Position numbers and translations under genes: made by a program. Below, piece after piece: positions 35,703-48,500 of a stretch of DNA of 54,560 nt; the stretch's first letter is position 1; each line of letters begins with the position of its first letter. The notes under the pieces were generated by a model that was not told where the DNA came from, did no database searches, and worked only from the letters and a program-made list of their open reading frames with translations. The DNA is from Octopus bimaculoides (Eukaryota), in assembly GCF_001194135.2 (NCBI RefSeq), contig NC_068982.1:181381346-181435905 (forward strand), read 5' to 3'.

Positions 35703-36508
35703 CAGGGGATTTCTTCAGTTTAGCTCACAGATTTTAAAATTTATTTTTAATAAAACAGTTTGAAGCTTCGTATACTGATGTAGTTACTCACGCTGAATAC
35801 GGTTTACTTTCAACGATTTTGACACAATTTCGTATTTTAGAAGCTATTTAGTGTAAAATTGTAGTATTTGGATAATTTTAGCAAATCAACGACGGGTATT
35901 CAGCTGAGGCAACTAATGCTGTTTGCGATAATAATCGAAGAGCAACAACTTCCGGATCATATCTACTAAATGTCACCTCTCTGTTCTATTTTATTTTTGC
36001 TTACTGCCTGTGTTGCATATTACACGCTTTTCTTTTTCAGGGTTTTCGATCGCGTCTTTGTACATTTGGCAGTGTTGATTATTTTCATCAGTGTGATCAT
36101 TTCCATCAATCTGTTGTCGCTTATTTTTGTTTCTGGCCTATGTTGCATACTGCACGCTTTATTTCCTTTTCGATCGTCTCTTTGTACATTTACATTTTCC
36201 CCACTCGTACAAAGAGGCGATCGAAAAGAAAGTGTAATATGCAACACAGGCAGTAAACAAAAGTAAAATAGAACAGAGTGGTGGCATTTAGTAGAGATGA
36301 TCCGGAAGTTGTTGCTTTTCGATTACTATCGTACATAGTAGAAGGGTTTCTTCAGCTGAATTAACGGAATAACTTCTAAAGTACGAAATTTTGTCAAAAA
36401 TGATGAAAGTAAACCATGTTCAGCGTGAGAAATCACACCAGTATATGAAGTTTCAAACTGCTTAGTTGAAAAAAAAATTAATCTGTGAGCTAAACTGAAG
36501 AGATCCTG
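35703..36508. mobile_element. foldback / large MITE-like element of about 800 bp with long imperfect inverted arms
   Basis: 35713-35733 is the exact reverse complement of 36480-36500. 35935-36024 pairs with 36231-36322 at high identity, and pairing continues between these blocks. The interior has a tandem duplication 'tgttgcata..cacgcttt...ttcgatcg..tctttgtacattt'. Confidence 0.85.
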
Positions 36509-39500
36509 ACCAAGTCACAGCTTCGAGCGAAGACAATTTTGATATTGTATGAGAAAAGTTAACGCACTTTTATATTTCTGAACGACAAAATCGCGTCTTC
36601 CTCGCACCAAACATTTTTGATTCAACATACTATTTCAGACTAAGGAACATACCACGCAATTACATCCCGTAAATTAAAAATATATATTCAACCCTCAAAT
36701 CCCCACAGTTCCTTATATGATAACATTGGGTTACCACATAGAATGGAAATAATCCAAAACTATGATAATTTATGGCTACAACGTTACATTAAATGTTCTA
36801 GGGATTCACTTTTATTAAATGCAATTCTCCACGAAATATGGGTTTCATTATATGAGGTAAAATAGTACGCTTATTACCTCGGCAAATACAAATAGAATTA
36901 CCTCTGTTGTAACGTATGCTAACTTTTACGATATTTCGTTTTATAAGGGAGGCAGGAATCAAAATAAGGAGATTTACTTAATAAAATAAACAATTTAGAA
37001 GATAATAGCCACTGACTGAAAGCTTTGCTAATCTATGTTATAGAAACAAAAAAAAAATGTCAAATGGTGAGATTCTTAGAAATGACAAAATCTTTATTGA
37101 GATGTTATAATAAGAAAAAGGAAAACCTTTGCTGCAGCGCACCTAATTAGTACGCTATATTGTATTGGCTGGAAAACTCTTCCAATACAAATTCTCTCTC
37201 CGAAACGATCGTAAGGCTTCGTACTACTGATTTTCTATGGATTGCAATATTGGAGCGCTTGAAACCTAATATANNNNNNNNNNNNNNNNNNNNNNNNNNN
37301 NNNNNNNNNNNNNNNNNNNNNNNNNNNNNNNNNNNNNNNNNNNNNNNNNNNNNNNNNNNNNNNNNNNNNNNNNNNNNNNNNNNNNNNNNNNNNNNNNNNN
37401 NNNNNNNNNNNNNNNNNNNNNNNNNNNNNNNNNNNNNNNNNNNNNNNNNNNNNNNNNNNNNNNNNNNNNNNNNNNNNNNNNNNNNNNNNNNNNNNNNNNN
37501 NNNNNNNNNNNNNNNNNNNNNNNNNNNNNNNNNNNNNNNNNNNNNNNNNNNNNNNNNNNNNNNNNNNNNNNNNNNNNNNNNNNNNNNNNNNNNNNNNNNN
37601 NNNNNNNNNNNNNNNNNNNNNNNNNNNNNNNNNNNNNNNNNNNNNNNNNNNNNNNNNNNNNNNNNNNNNNNNNNNNNNNNNNNNNNNNNNNNNNNNNNNN
37701 NNNNNNNNNNNNNNNNNNNNNNNNNNNNNNNNNNNNNNNNNNNNNNNNNNNNNNNNNNNNNNNNNNNNNNNNNNNNNNNNNNNNNNNNNNNNNNNNNNNN
37801 NNNNNNNNNNNNNNNNNNNNNNNNNNNNNNNNNNNNNNNNNNNNNNNNNNNNNNNNNNNNNNNNNNNNNNNNNNNNNNNNNNNNNNNNNNNNNNNNNATA
37901 TATATATATATAGATAGAGAAAGAGAGAGAGAGTGATATGGTAAATGGAAGACGGAAGTATATAAGTAGTTGGAAGAGCGAACTGCCGGAGTAAACGACA
38001 GGCAGTGTCTAAACATAATCTAGTCTTGTCAACTGTTGTATTCTCCGAAATGTTAAGGGATGGTATATTCTTATAATCGCTGAAGTGTTTATAGCATAAT
38101 TTTAACATTTTGAGAGAAGTGTTAGGTGTAAGATAGTATGAAAAGACTAAATTTTTGTGTGAATAGAGGCAATGGATTATAATGCATAATCTACTCATAA
38201 TTCGTACAAAGGTTTGACTGTCGTAGCTGGAAATTAATTTACAAATTATAAAGCTAGGAATGCATCAGAGTCTGACAATATTTGAAAATATTTCAAAGAA
38301 AACTAAAGCGATAATAATAAGATCAATAACTTGAAAATAATCACCAGACTCCAAACAAATTTTCTTGGAGTGAACAAATCAATATCATCGATCGTAATAC
38401 TTGACAGGTAGTTATTTTATCGACTGCGGATAAATGAAATTTCAATCAATGCTGACGAAATTCAAAATCCCCAAAGCATTACAAAAATGTTTTTATTGGT
38501 TTTTATCTGTAGCAATTGCTTTATCCACGTCGTTTTGACACCGCTAAGATCAGCACAGTGAATCTACTACATGAATAAGTGAAATTATCAGTTACAATAA
38601 ATAAATCCAGAACACCATATGTCGCAAGTGAAGCAAGATCGAGTGAGTTACAATGGCCTGGGTGGGATCCGACGAAAGAAGGCATCTCCAAAACGCAGAT
38701 GCCACTTGAATAGCCTTAGAGAAGATAGAGTGAATTCAACACGTTTGAGAAATAGTTCGACGTTAATTTATTTTCTATATCAAAATATCTAACCGTATCC
38801 AAAGATAAGTATTGCGTTTAATACATTTCTCGTAATATATTTTAAATGCATTTCAAGCAAACGAGATTTTAATTAAAACTATTTCGTTAAGCATTTGCGA
38901 CGAAATTTCAATACATTAACATGAATCCCAATAGACATTACTTAACAGAAGTGGTAGTTGAATGGTTAGTTGTAAGGAATTGCTTTGGAACGTTTAATTT
39001 CACATACATCTGTAATTTAGATGTGTAAGATTAGCAAAAATTGTTTGGTATAAACAAAATAATTACATTATCTGCTTTTCTTTTATTGAACACAAAAGAT
39101 GATATTAATTATTCCATTGAGTTTAGCATAGTGCTATTATAAGTTCGTGATTATATAACCAATACACTAACCACTAGGCCATAAACATTATACTTAAGAG
39201 TCAACGTCTATATAAGTTTTTGTGGGTTTCACTATTCGCATCTGTATGTGCATGTAGTTTTTCATAGATGTATGTACTATATATAAATCACAGGTGTGTG
39301 CTATAGCTAACATGTAATCCAGCGCGATGTCTTAAATATACACTGAAGTAACATCGGTGAGAGTATTGCTAGAACTAAGCAGGACAATGAATGAAACCTG
39401 AATATGGGTGACCCTTTTCGAACAAAATATTTCAGATAATTGCAACATTGAGTTGTGGGTAGACCTCTATCTTTAGGCTGTGGTGAAGGCAGCGGAGTGA

Positions 39501-39800
39501 ATAAAATTTGATATGAGAAACAAATACGGTACTATTATTTTTAATGCTTACGAACAATAGCAATGCTCTATGAATCTCTGAAAGCATTATTGTTACTTTA
39601 TTAAGAATAGCTTAAATGGTATACATATATCGCTCATGTCACAACACGAGTTATGGAGTAATGCCTACAGAGGATTAAATCTTGATGGATTACACGATAA
39701 CAAGTATTTTTTGAAAACCTAATGAATACACTTAGAGGCAATGCGAAATATTCCTTGTCGAAGAGTGTATCAAATACTCTTTACAAACCTTAATATTTAT

Positions 39801-39801
39801 G

Positions 39802-39861
<60 letters not shown>

Positions 39862-39909
39862 CCTACCTATGTATGTATGTATGTATGTATGTAACTCTCT
39901 CTCTCTCTC
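39801..39909. repeat. compound (CTAT)n(ATGT)n(CT)n microsatellite
   Basis: Direct reading of the sequence. Confidence 0.95.
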
Positions 39910-40112
39910 NNNNNNNNNNNNNNNNNNNNNNNNNNNNNNNNNNNNNNNNNNNNNNNNNNNNNNNNNNNNNNNNNNNNNNNNNNNNNNNNNNNNNNNNNNN
40001 NNNNNNNNNNNNNNNNNNNNNNNNNNNNNNNNNNNNNNNNNNNNNNNNNNNNNNNNNNNNNNNNNNNNNNNNNNNNNNNNNNNNNNNNNNNNNNNNNNNN
40101 NNNNNNNNNNNN

Positions 40113-40258
40113 TAAATATATAGGGATTGACAGTAACCTGCTTCTCCATGATTATAAATGTTTTTTACCGAAAAGGTTTTTTCATACTGAGCTACCCGGC
40201 AAAATTGTTAATTATTAATTTTATTACTAATTGACGATCCCCTGCCCTGCATATCTAT
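40113..40258. repeat. interspersed repeat, copy 2 (shorter internal variant of 22332-22541)
   Basis: It shares both ends with 22332-22541 but has a different middle. Confidence 0.75.
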
Positions 40259-40304
40259 ATATATATATATATATATATATACATAGGGAGAATTCGCAAG
40301 AAAT

Positions 40305-40343
40305 CAATAGACGTTTCAAGCCTACGCTTTCCATAGAAAGGAA
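40305..40343 (-). ncRNA. decayed minimal hammerhead motif at the 3' end of a PLE
   Basis: Minus: TTCCTTT CTATGGA AAGC GTAG GCTT GAAA CG TC. Stem II is perfect (AAGC/GCTT) and GAAAC..GUC is intact, but the core CUGAUGA is corrupted and the 3' strand of stem I is lost. Confidence 0.45.
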
Positions 40344-40385
40344 CACAGAAAGAAACAAGGAGAGACAAAATATGTGTAGTGGTCA

Positions 40386-40465
40386 ACGATCTATCATGGC
40401 GATCTATCAGCGATCTATCAGCGATCTATCAGCGATCTATCAGCGATCTATCAGCGATCTATCAT
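40386..40465. repeat. 11-bp tandem repeat (cgatctatcag), about 6-7 copies
   Basis: Direct reading of the sequence. Confidence 0.95.
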
Positions 40466-40479
40466 ATATACATATATTG

Positions 40480-41100
40480 GTTTTGAGAGGTGATGGTGTC
40501 AATAAGGCCCAAAGGTATCAGGTAATTGTACTATTTGTAAGAGTGGTAGAGATTGCGGTTGTGCTCCGGGCAGTGTCAGTAGGATGTGTTGGGTTGTGGT
40601 TGTGGTCTAATGTAAGAGCATCTGTGCTGGAGTTATGTGTGTGTTAAGCGTCCGTATGACTAGAGTTGTAATTATGTGAGTTTTGATAGTAAAAAGGAAG
40701 TTGTTTTCTTATTAGAGGCTGCTACAATAGATTAGAAGTTGGGTTGGGAAGAATAGGATAGTTTCAGGTAGATCTCTTAAAGATAGAATAATATTTATGT
40801 TGCGGAGGGAAGTTAGAGTCTAGTATTTTAAAGAAGGATTTAGCTAAGTTCTTAACATTAAGTGAGAATGAGGGTGTGTACCACAGAATAGAGCATCGGC
40901 CGGTTTTTTAAGGGGTCTGGGAATAGTGCTATCTATGTTTTTAGATAAAGGAGTGCTAGCTATATTTTTGGAGAATAGAGGTGGGTGGCAAGGCCTGTTG
41001 TTGTTAGCTTCTTTAGTGGTTTTTGCTTTTGACCTAATGTTAAATGTATCTGAGTGGGGCTAGGTTGCCTAGGTGTAAGACCTATCAGGATCCTATTAAC
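40480..41100 (-). mobile_element. Penelope-like element remnant (RT-to-endonuclease linker)
   Basis: Minus: RCSILWYTPSFSLNVKNLAKSFFKILDSNFPPQHKYYSIFKRST then, after a frameshift, LKLSYSSQPN. This matches the PLE hallmark R.I.WFNPPYS.NV.TN.G..F..L....FP..H....IFN....K.SYSC.PN. Confidence 0.8.
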
Positions 41101-41804
41101 GAGTGTGTGTGATTGTCATTCAATTTTGTTTCAGTACATCAAAGAATGAATGAATTTGTTAGGACAATCGGAAACATTTGTGAGTCGAATTTTCTACATT
41201 AAATGAATAAGTAATGACCGCTATTTATACTTTGTCTTGTATATCACTCTGTGTAAAATACCAATGTAACAGGGAATACAACCAAGTAATACAATCTCAT
41301 TACTGAAGCTTTCTTTGTGTGTGTGCGCGTGTGTGTGTATGTGTATGNNNNNNNNNNNNNNNNNNNNNNNNNNNNNNNNNNNNNNNNNNNNNNNNNNNNN
41401 NNNNNNNNNNNNNNNNNNNNNNNNNNNNNNNNNNNNNNNNNNNNNNNNNNNNNNNNNNNNNNNNNNNNNNNNNNNNNNNNNNNNNNNNNNNNNNNNNNNN
41501 NNNNNNNNNNNNNNNNNNNNNNNNNNNNNNNNNNNNNNNNNNNNNNNNNNNNNNNNNNNNNNNNNNNNNNNNNNNNNNNNNNNNNNNNNNNNNNNNNNNN
41601 NNNNNNNNNNNNNNNNNNNNNNNNNNNNNNNNNNNNNNNNNNNNNNNNNNNNNNNNNNNNNNNNNNNNNNNNNNNNTATATATATATATATATTCTCTTA
41701 CTTGCATTAGTTATTTCAATGCAGCCATAATGGAGCACCAATACATATATAATACACACACATACATGTAATGTATATATATGCATATATGCATATATGT
41801 GCAA

Positions 41805-41846
<42 letters not shown>

Positions 41847-42409
41847 TTGTATGTATGTGTATATGTGCTTATAAGTTGTATACATGATAAAGGAATTACT
41901 CACACATTAGACGACGATGCTATTTGCTTCAACCACATTTGCAGACTGTATTGGTTTATTTATTGACAATTTTTTAGAAAACGAGGAAGTAAACAGTCTT
42001 GAACAATTAGTGTAAACGATGTTTAATGATGTTAAAACTATGGTTGCTTGTGTACACTACGTTTCTCACATTCTTCAATATCTTGGAGGTTACAGTGCGG
42101 AACAAGAACAGAGGCTCCTTCGAGGTGAAAGCGTGACGTTGGAATGTTATGAAGACAGAGAGAAGAGACACATAATGACATTCTACAACTGAATGTCCAG
42201 CAAAAGGCATGAATATCCAGCAAAACCTCAAAAAAGAAAAAATCATACAATGGAAGGAGTGAATGAGGTATTTTTAACATACTTAACTAGTCGAAGCTAC
42301 TGCTTTTCCTTCTAAAAAGATATCTAATTAGTTGCCATTAAATATTGTACGTATTTTTCATGAATGCTAGTCTTACTATGTGATACATACTTCTGAATTA
42401 TATATCTTG

Positions 42410-42545
42410 TATCTTTTATCTTTTAATTATTTCCGTCATTGGATTGCCACCGTGCTGGGGCACCGCCTTGAATATTTTAGTGTAATGAACTGACCCCAGT
42501 ATTTATTTTTAATCCTGGTACTTATTCTATTGGTCTCTTTGTCCG
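42410..42545 (-). mobile_element. SINE family A tail fragment
   Basis: 'ccgtcattggattgccaccgtgctggggcaccgcc...gaccccagtatttatt...ggtacttattctattggtctctttgtccgaa'. Confidence 0.65.
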
Positions 42546-44316
42546 AAAGCCTTCTGATGATTCATGATAAAAATAATTGTATAATTAATTCCAGCAATTA
42601 ATATGAAATTTATTTGATAACCTGATAGATAACTACAAATAGTATACTGTTATACATCGGAGAACGCAAAGCCTGAAAACACACAACTATAGATACTTCG
42701 ACTGTGCTCTAATTTATAGGTAGTATACCAGACCTGAGATCATATTCACCCTAGACTAACTTCTAAATTACTCCAACATTTTTGGCAACAAATATAATGA
42801 TGTTACGTGTTACTTCAATAGAAAAATCGCCTTTGTGTTTCGGACAGTAATACTTTGTCAATGGAAAAAGTAATCAATGATTCATAGAAGGAGCAGGGAT
42901 GATCAATAATAATTCAAGATAGGCGAAAATATTAAAACCAGTAGGGAATGATGTTTTATGGGAAGGAATTAAAGGGGCTGGTTTGTTGATTCACTGTAGA
43001 ATCGTCTAGAAGCAGAAATAAATTACGCACGTGTGTGTGAGCATATTTGTGTGTATCTGTGTGTATCTGAGTGCGCGTGTGTTTGTGAAGTGTATGTATG
43101 TGGAAGAAGTGCAAGAGTGAAAGTAACGCGACGTCTGATATTGGGGTATGGGTCGTTTGTGTGCGGACATGCATTCGTTAGATGGCTGGTATGAAAGGGT
43201 GTATATGTTGGTGGGGTCGGTTGCAAACGTGTCAGAACGAAGATATTGATGAAGCACATGCGATAGCAAGAACAATGCGGAAGGTGTTACTGATGTGAAT
43301 GCAAGAGTATAAACAATTATTTAAGATGTGAAAACATTTTTAATAAAAGGGTAATTTGAAAACTGAATTTCGAAAAACACAAAAATATGATACATATGGA
43401 TATATACATACACTCGTATACGAACACACATAGACGCGCACGTGCGAGTTTTCATGTGTGTTTATTTTTGTATCCTTGTGTTGTGTAACAAATAACAATG
43501 CACATTTTATTGCTTCCGGAATTTTGTGGAAAGCGGGAAAGATATTTAAGTCAGCTGGTGAACTCGACTCACTTATTGAAAGATGCAATGATATTATTTC
43601 TATAAGAGCCAGTTTAAGCCTACCATTGTAAAATCTTTACCGTAACTTTCATAAATCAATTGAAATTGATATATGAAATTTTAATACTATAATAATACTC
43701 TTCTGTTTTTCTCCTACACAACATATAAATGAGAAACGAAGGGATGATAGATGAATAAGGAAGGGGAAATGGCAAACAGGTAGTATGACGATAAATACCA
43801 AGCTAGTACATTGATGCAGTGACCAAAATTGCTGATTATATAACAAGTGTTCTCATTAAAAAAATGATATTCTGTGTTATTCTAGATTGCTATGACATGT
43901 TTGACATTTGATTTTAGCTTTTGATAAATCATATGCGGACAGATATGGAATTCTACGATGAAAAAAATCGTTAATAAAAGAATTAGTAAACTAAAAATTT
44001 GGCTTTGTACCTTATTCATATATAAAATACTACAATTAGCCGTAATTTTTGACGGCACAGGGCAAACTAGTTTATAGATAGTTTATAACACCTGATGTAA
44101 ACACACGACTTTAGCTTCAACTTGATTTATGCATGGAACAGTGCATATGGTTGCTTACATGTACGCAGAGCAATAACTATTATCCTCTGATCACTGATAG
44201 GCTTGCGGCAAATATATTTACTTTATCCGAATTCCAATAGATTAAATTTCAGGAAAAATCAATTACAACCAAGATCCTTATAGGTTTAATGCACATGAGG
44301 CCCAGTCACTAGGTCT

Positions 44317-44321
44317 ATGTA

Positions 44322-44360
<39 letters not shown>

Positions 44361-44402
44361 ATGTGTGTGTGTATGTTTGTGCGCGTGTGTGTTTGTGTGT
44401 GT
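44317..44402. repeat. (TG)n microsatellite
   Basis: Direct reading of the sequence. Confidence 0.95.
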
Positions 44403-44539
44403 ATGTGATTTGATATTTGTTTTTTTATTTAATTATTTCGGGAATTATTGAAAAAATAAATTCATTTCCAGTTGACAATTCGATGAAAATTAATTATAAA
44501 TAGCACAAAAAATTTTCTTCACAATTTCTTTTCGCAGAT

Positions 44540-44581
44540 TGCAATTCGCCAGGTTGCAATTCGCCAGGTTGCAATTCGCCA
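44540..44581. repeat. 15-bp tandem repeat (ttgcaattcgccagg), about 3 copies
   Basis: Direct reading of the sequence. Confidence 0.9.
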
Positions 44582-47247
44582 TTACAAATCACAACCATAT
44601 GTTAATCACTGCTAAAGATTTTGCCTTTACCTGCATATGATTTGGCAAAAGCTAAAATCAAATGTCAAAATTTACATGTCTTGGCAATCTAGAACAAGGC
44701 AGAATATCATTCTTTTTAATGAGATCACATGTTATATAATCGGAAACTTTGGTCACTGCATCAACGTACTAGCTTGGTATTTATCAATGTTGTTATGGTG
44801 GTTTGGAAGTAGCTGGGCCCTAGTGTGGCAGGCCTATGATGCACAACATTCTAACCTTGATAGTACGCATGTTGTTATCTCTTTACAAACCTTTACTTGC
44901 TGGGTGAGTTATGGCTGATATGTCTAGCATCTCGAATGACCTCTCCGAATATCTAGTGTTCGTTCTTGATTACATCAGCATAATTATTCTACTGATACAT
45001 AGAATAAGGTCTTTTTCCTCCGCTCTCATCTCCCACTTTCTCTCTCACTGTCCCTCCTCTTTATCTTAATATATTGCATTTGTACTTTCATTACTGCCCT
45101 TCACTCGGTCTGCATCATTGTTATCTATAATACCACATCCCCATTTACGAGTATCGCATGATATTTTCTAAATAATATGGTAACAACTTAATTCTTTTAT
45201 CTTTCTTTCATTGTCTTTCTCTTCACTCCTCTATTGGTCTACGTTCTTTCTGCATATCTCTATCTTTCTCTGTTGCTCTTAAAATTCTACGTTTCCTGTT
45301 TCGTCAGGTTACTTGTCACACATATTTAGTCACACATATTTAGTCACACAGATATAATGACACGCAAGTATAATCATAGATTACATGTCATTACATTACT
45401 CCAATTTAACTACATTTCATTATTTTTTTATATTATCTTTTTTTTATTATTCACATTTTGTTCTCGAGAGAACAAAATGTATATATATATATATATAGTA
45501 TATGTATCTATATATATATAGTTGCCCACACACATATTACTGAGCTTTTATTAATTTATATTATTGCATACATCTAATGAAATTATGAGTATCCTCTAAT
45601 CCTCTAATGTAATATAAATGACGATTGTTATACTGTTCTAATTGTAACTTAGAAAATCTGAAACAGAATGCCATTTATAACTTGAAGAGAACATAAAAGG
45701 CAAAATTTACCCAAATTGTTTACAATGTTATGCGTGAAAAGAGAAACATTGAAAGTAATATCGAAAATCTTCCACAAACAGTTAACATACCCAGACATAA
45801 TGCGCAAGTACAGCTAGTAGTTTTGTAAGAAAGCATCGCTTTTCATTGCAATTATAAAATGCATGCAAGCAAGATTAAGTATTCTCTAATGGCGCATGAT
45901 ATTTTATATTGAAACGCTTCAGTAGCAAGGTTAAACATTGCATATATGTGATTGCATCATGTTACACAAACACATACATTTCATTCACTTATTCCCTACT
46001 TCAGCTGTCAGTAATGACGAATGGTGTTTATATGTTTGGAGGAGATGTGATATTGCGCGGACATTTGGGATTCAGAATTAACGCATGGAAATCTAACTGC
46101 AAAATGGAATATCAGATACTTGTGTGCGTATGCATACATATAGATAGATAAAGAGACGCATAGACAAACAGGGAGACAGTACAAAAAGATAAACAGAGAG
46201 ATTGATAGATTTTTAAACAGATAGAAACACATGCAATATGGGGAGGGGGTGATACATTTCTGACGATTAGGTGATTCGTTTTCTCATTGGTGTGAATCAC
46301 TATATTGCTACAACATGATTAAATCTTACGAAACAAACAGATTTAAATGTCACCACACTTTAGCAGTAAGACATCGACACACAAACGCATGCGTACTTGC
46401 ACAACCACATACACGCCACACATACTCACGCACGCTCACAAACACATATATTTCCATGTTCTTATATTTGAAACAGTTCGTTTATATGTATGCATCAATG
46501 TATGTACAATTACGCACGTAATAACAAATGCGTAAATGTACCCTTTGTTTTTTCAAGTACAAAATCTACAGTTTGGAATTGTTTCACGGTATCACACACA
46601 CAAATACGCGTGCATAAAAACACAGGCCCTGTGTGTATAGTAAAAAGGATGAGTGTGCGTGCGCGCGTTTATATATATAGATATAGCGTATCCATAATTT
46701 AACTGAAAATTTGAAAAAGTTTGAAAAATTAAGGATAAATCAACATAGTTTATTGGAAAATATGGGCGACAAAGCACATTTCTATTACAAATATCTCGTC
46801 AATTCAATTTATCTTATATTTGATACATACAAAAAATTGTGGATGCTGTGAAGATAATTTAGGAACACATTTATGTATTTATGAAAAAATATCATAAACA
46901 GAACATTCAGCACATACCTTTGGTATTATGCACGTATAGCTTGGTTAGTTATCTGTTACGAGTGTTCATCATGCATATACTGTACATAAATATATATGTA
47001 TACACACACATTTATATAATATANNNNNNNNNNNNNNNNNNNNNNNNNNNNNNNNNNNNNNNNNNNNNNNNNNNNNNNNNNNNNTATATATGTATATCTA
47101 TACATACATACATATAAACATATACATATATATATGTGTGTGTAATGCAAAAAATATCCATATTTATTAAAAGAAGGAAAATGCACAGAGTTTACATAGT
47201 TTTAATATAATCTTTAATATATTTTATATGTAAAAGTGTATTGTGTT

Positions 47248-47280
47248 TGTCGACCGGTTTCGCTTTCGCTACGAATGACA
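47248..47280 (-). ncRNA. minimal hammerhead scaffold with a scrambled core, 3' of the PLE endonuclease remnant
   Basis: Minus: TGTC ATTCGTA GC GAAA GC GAAA CCGG TC GACA. Stem I is TGTC/GACA, stem II is 2 bp with a GAAA loop, and GAAACCGGUC is present. A 7-nt non-consensus segment sits where CUGANGA belongs. Confidence 0.4.
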
Positions 47281-47534
47281 TTGGAATTATTGTAATTTCA
47301 TGTTTTCTTAATATTTTACTCCATGTTGTGTACGCGAGTTTCTGAATGCGATGAATCTAAGTGGAGGTAATTGGTGATCGTTGTTATTCGGGACAGGGGA
47401 AGTAATTACTCACTTTTGGGAAGTGGTAAAATAATATACAAAAAATCAAAAGCTAAAGTAGTGAGATGAAATATTTACAGTGATCTGTATGTGAAAATGA
47501 ATTACAATATATATTCAGATCAAAACTGGTTATG

Positions 47535-48200
47535 CATTCATATTTAGGTGTGTTCTGTATTTTTCGATAAAATTTCTGTATTTGAACGTTCTTGTGCCGA
47601 AATTGTTTCTTTGCACTTGGAAAGTGTAAAGTTCGGTTGGATAATACCTGCGCATGTTTCTATGCATTCACTCAAAGAAGTCTGACTGTACTGTGGCAAA
47701 ATGATCTCTTCAATATGTAGCGTGGTTCTCCGTCTAAGTGCCACAATATTATAACAGATTAGATTCTTAGAGGCACCAGTAAAGTTCGTTTAAACTGTTA
47801 ACTACTTGCCTTGTTTGAATAGGATTTCCGAGCCTTCCTGCAAGTTGGGGCATGTTCCACAGTTTGGACGTCCATATTTTTAAGCATTGGTTTTATGTTT
47901 TTTTTGTAAAGCCTCGCATTCGTCAGAAGTCTTTTCTGCGAGTTGTGTTGCTCTTTGCATTTGAAGAATCTATGTTTTCAGAATAGCGTTCATTTTTGGA
48001 TCCCTAGTGACCATAGGTAAATTTTGTACAATAGTGTCGTAATAGAAAGAACTTTAAACTGATACCTGCAATCTACTTCTTTGAACTGCAATAGTGATAT
48101 GTAAGTCTTAACTCCTGCATTATGCTCAAGAGAAAGCTGCGTAACCGTGAAGCACCAAATAGCTAATTTGTTTCAAGATGATGTGCTGTTTCGGGAAATA
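47535..48200 (-). mobile_element. Penelope-like element remnant, GIY-YIG endonuclease region
   Basis: Minus: NLPMVTRDPKMNAILKT...KYGRPNCGTCPNLQEGSEILFKQGK*LTV*TNFTGASKNLICY (the Cys-rich C..C.TC and F.C.S.NLIY motifs), then LRRRTTLHIEEI..PQY...LSECIETC...ISAQERSNTEIL. Confidence 0.8.
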
Positions 48201-48364
48201 CATTTAGCATGAGGTTCTATGAAAAGACATTTTAAATCTCTGAACAGTTGGATAGAACTTCTGTGACATGATTCCGAAAAACGTTGAACATTTATTATGT
48301 AACCAACTGGAAAAAAAGCATTCCGCGGAAGAAAACTGAACTCGACGAGCGCGCACGTTTATGT

Positions 48365-48500
48365 ATATACACATGCACGCAGATACACACACAGACACAC
48401 ACACACACGCACACGCACACACACACATACACACACACACACATACACACACACGCACACATACAAACATATATATATATATATATATACATATATTATG
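48365..48500. repeat. (CA)n(AT)n microsatellite
   Basis: Direct reading of the sequence. Confidence 0.95.

Noticed and set aside
37960-38005. Plus-strand 'tggaagagcgaactgccggagtaaacgac' as a decayed hammerhead
   Set aside because: Both core motifs need substitutions and no stem I is evident.
45286-45310. Minus-strand CTGACGA-AACAG-GAAAC-GTA hammerhead-like string
   Set aside because: No stem II can form from AACAG and the flanks do not pair as stem I; probably chance.
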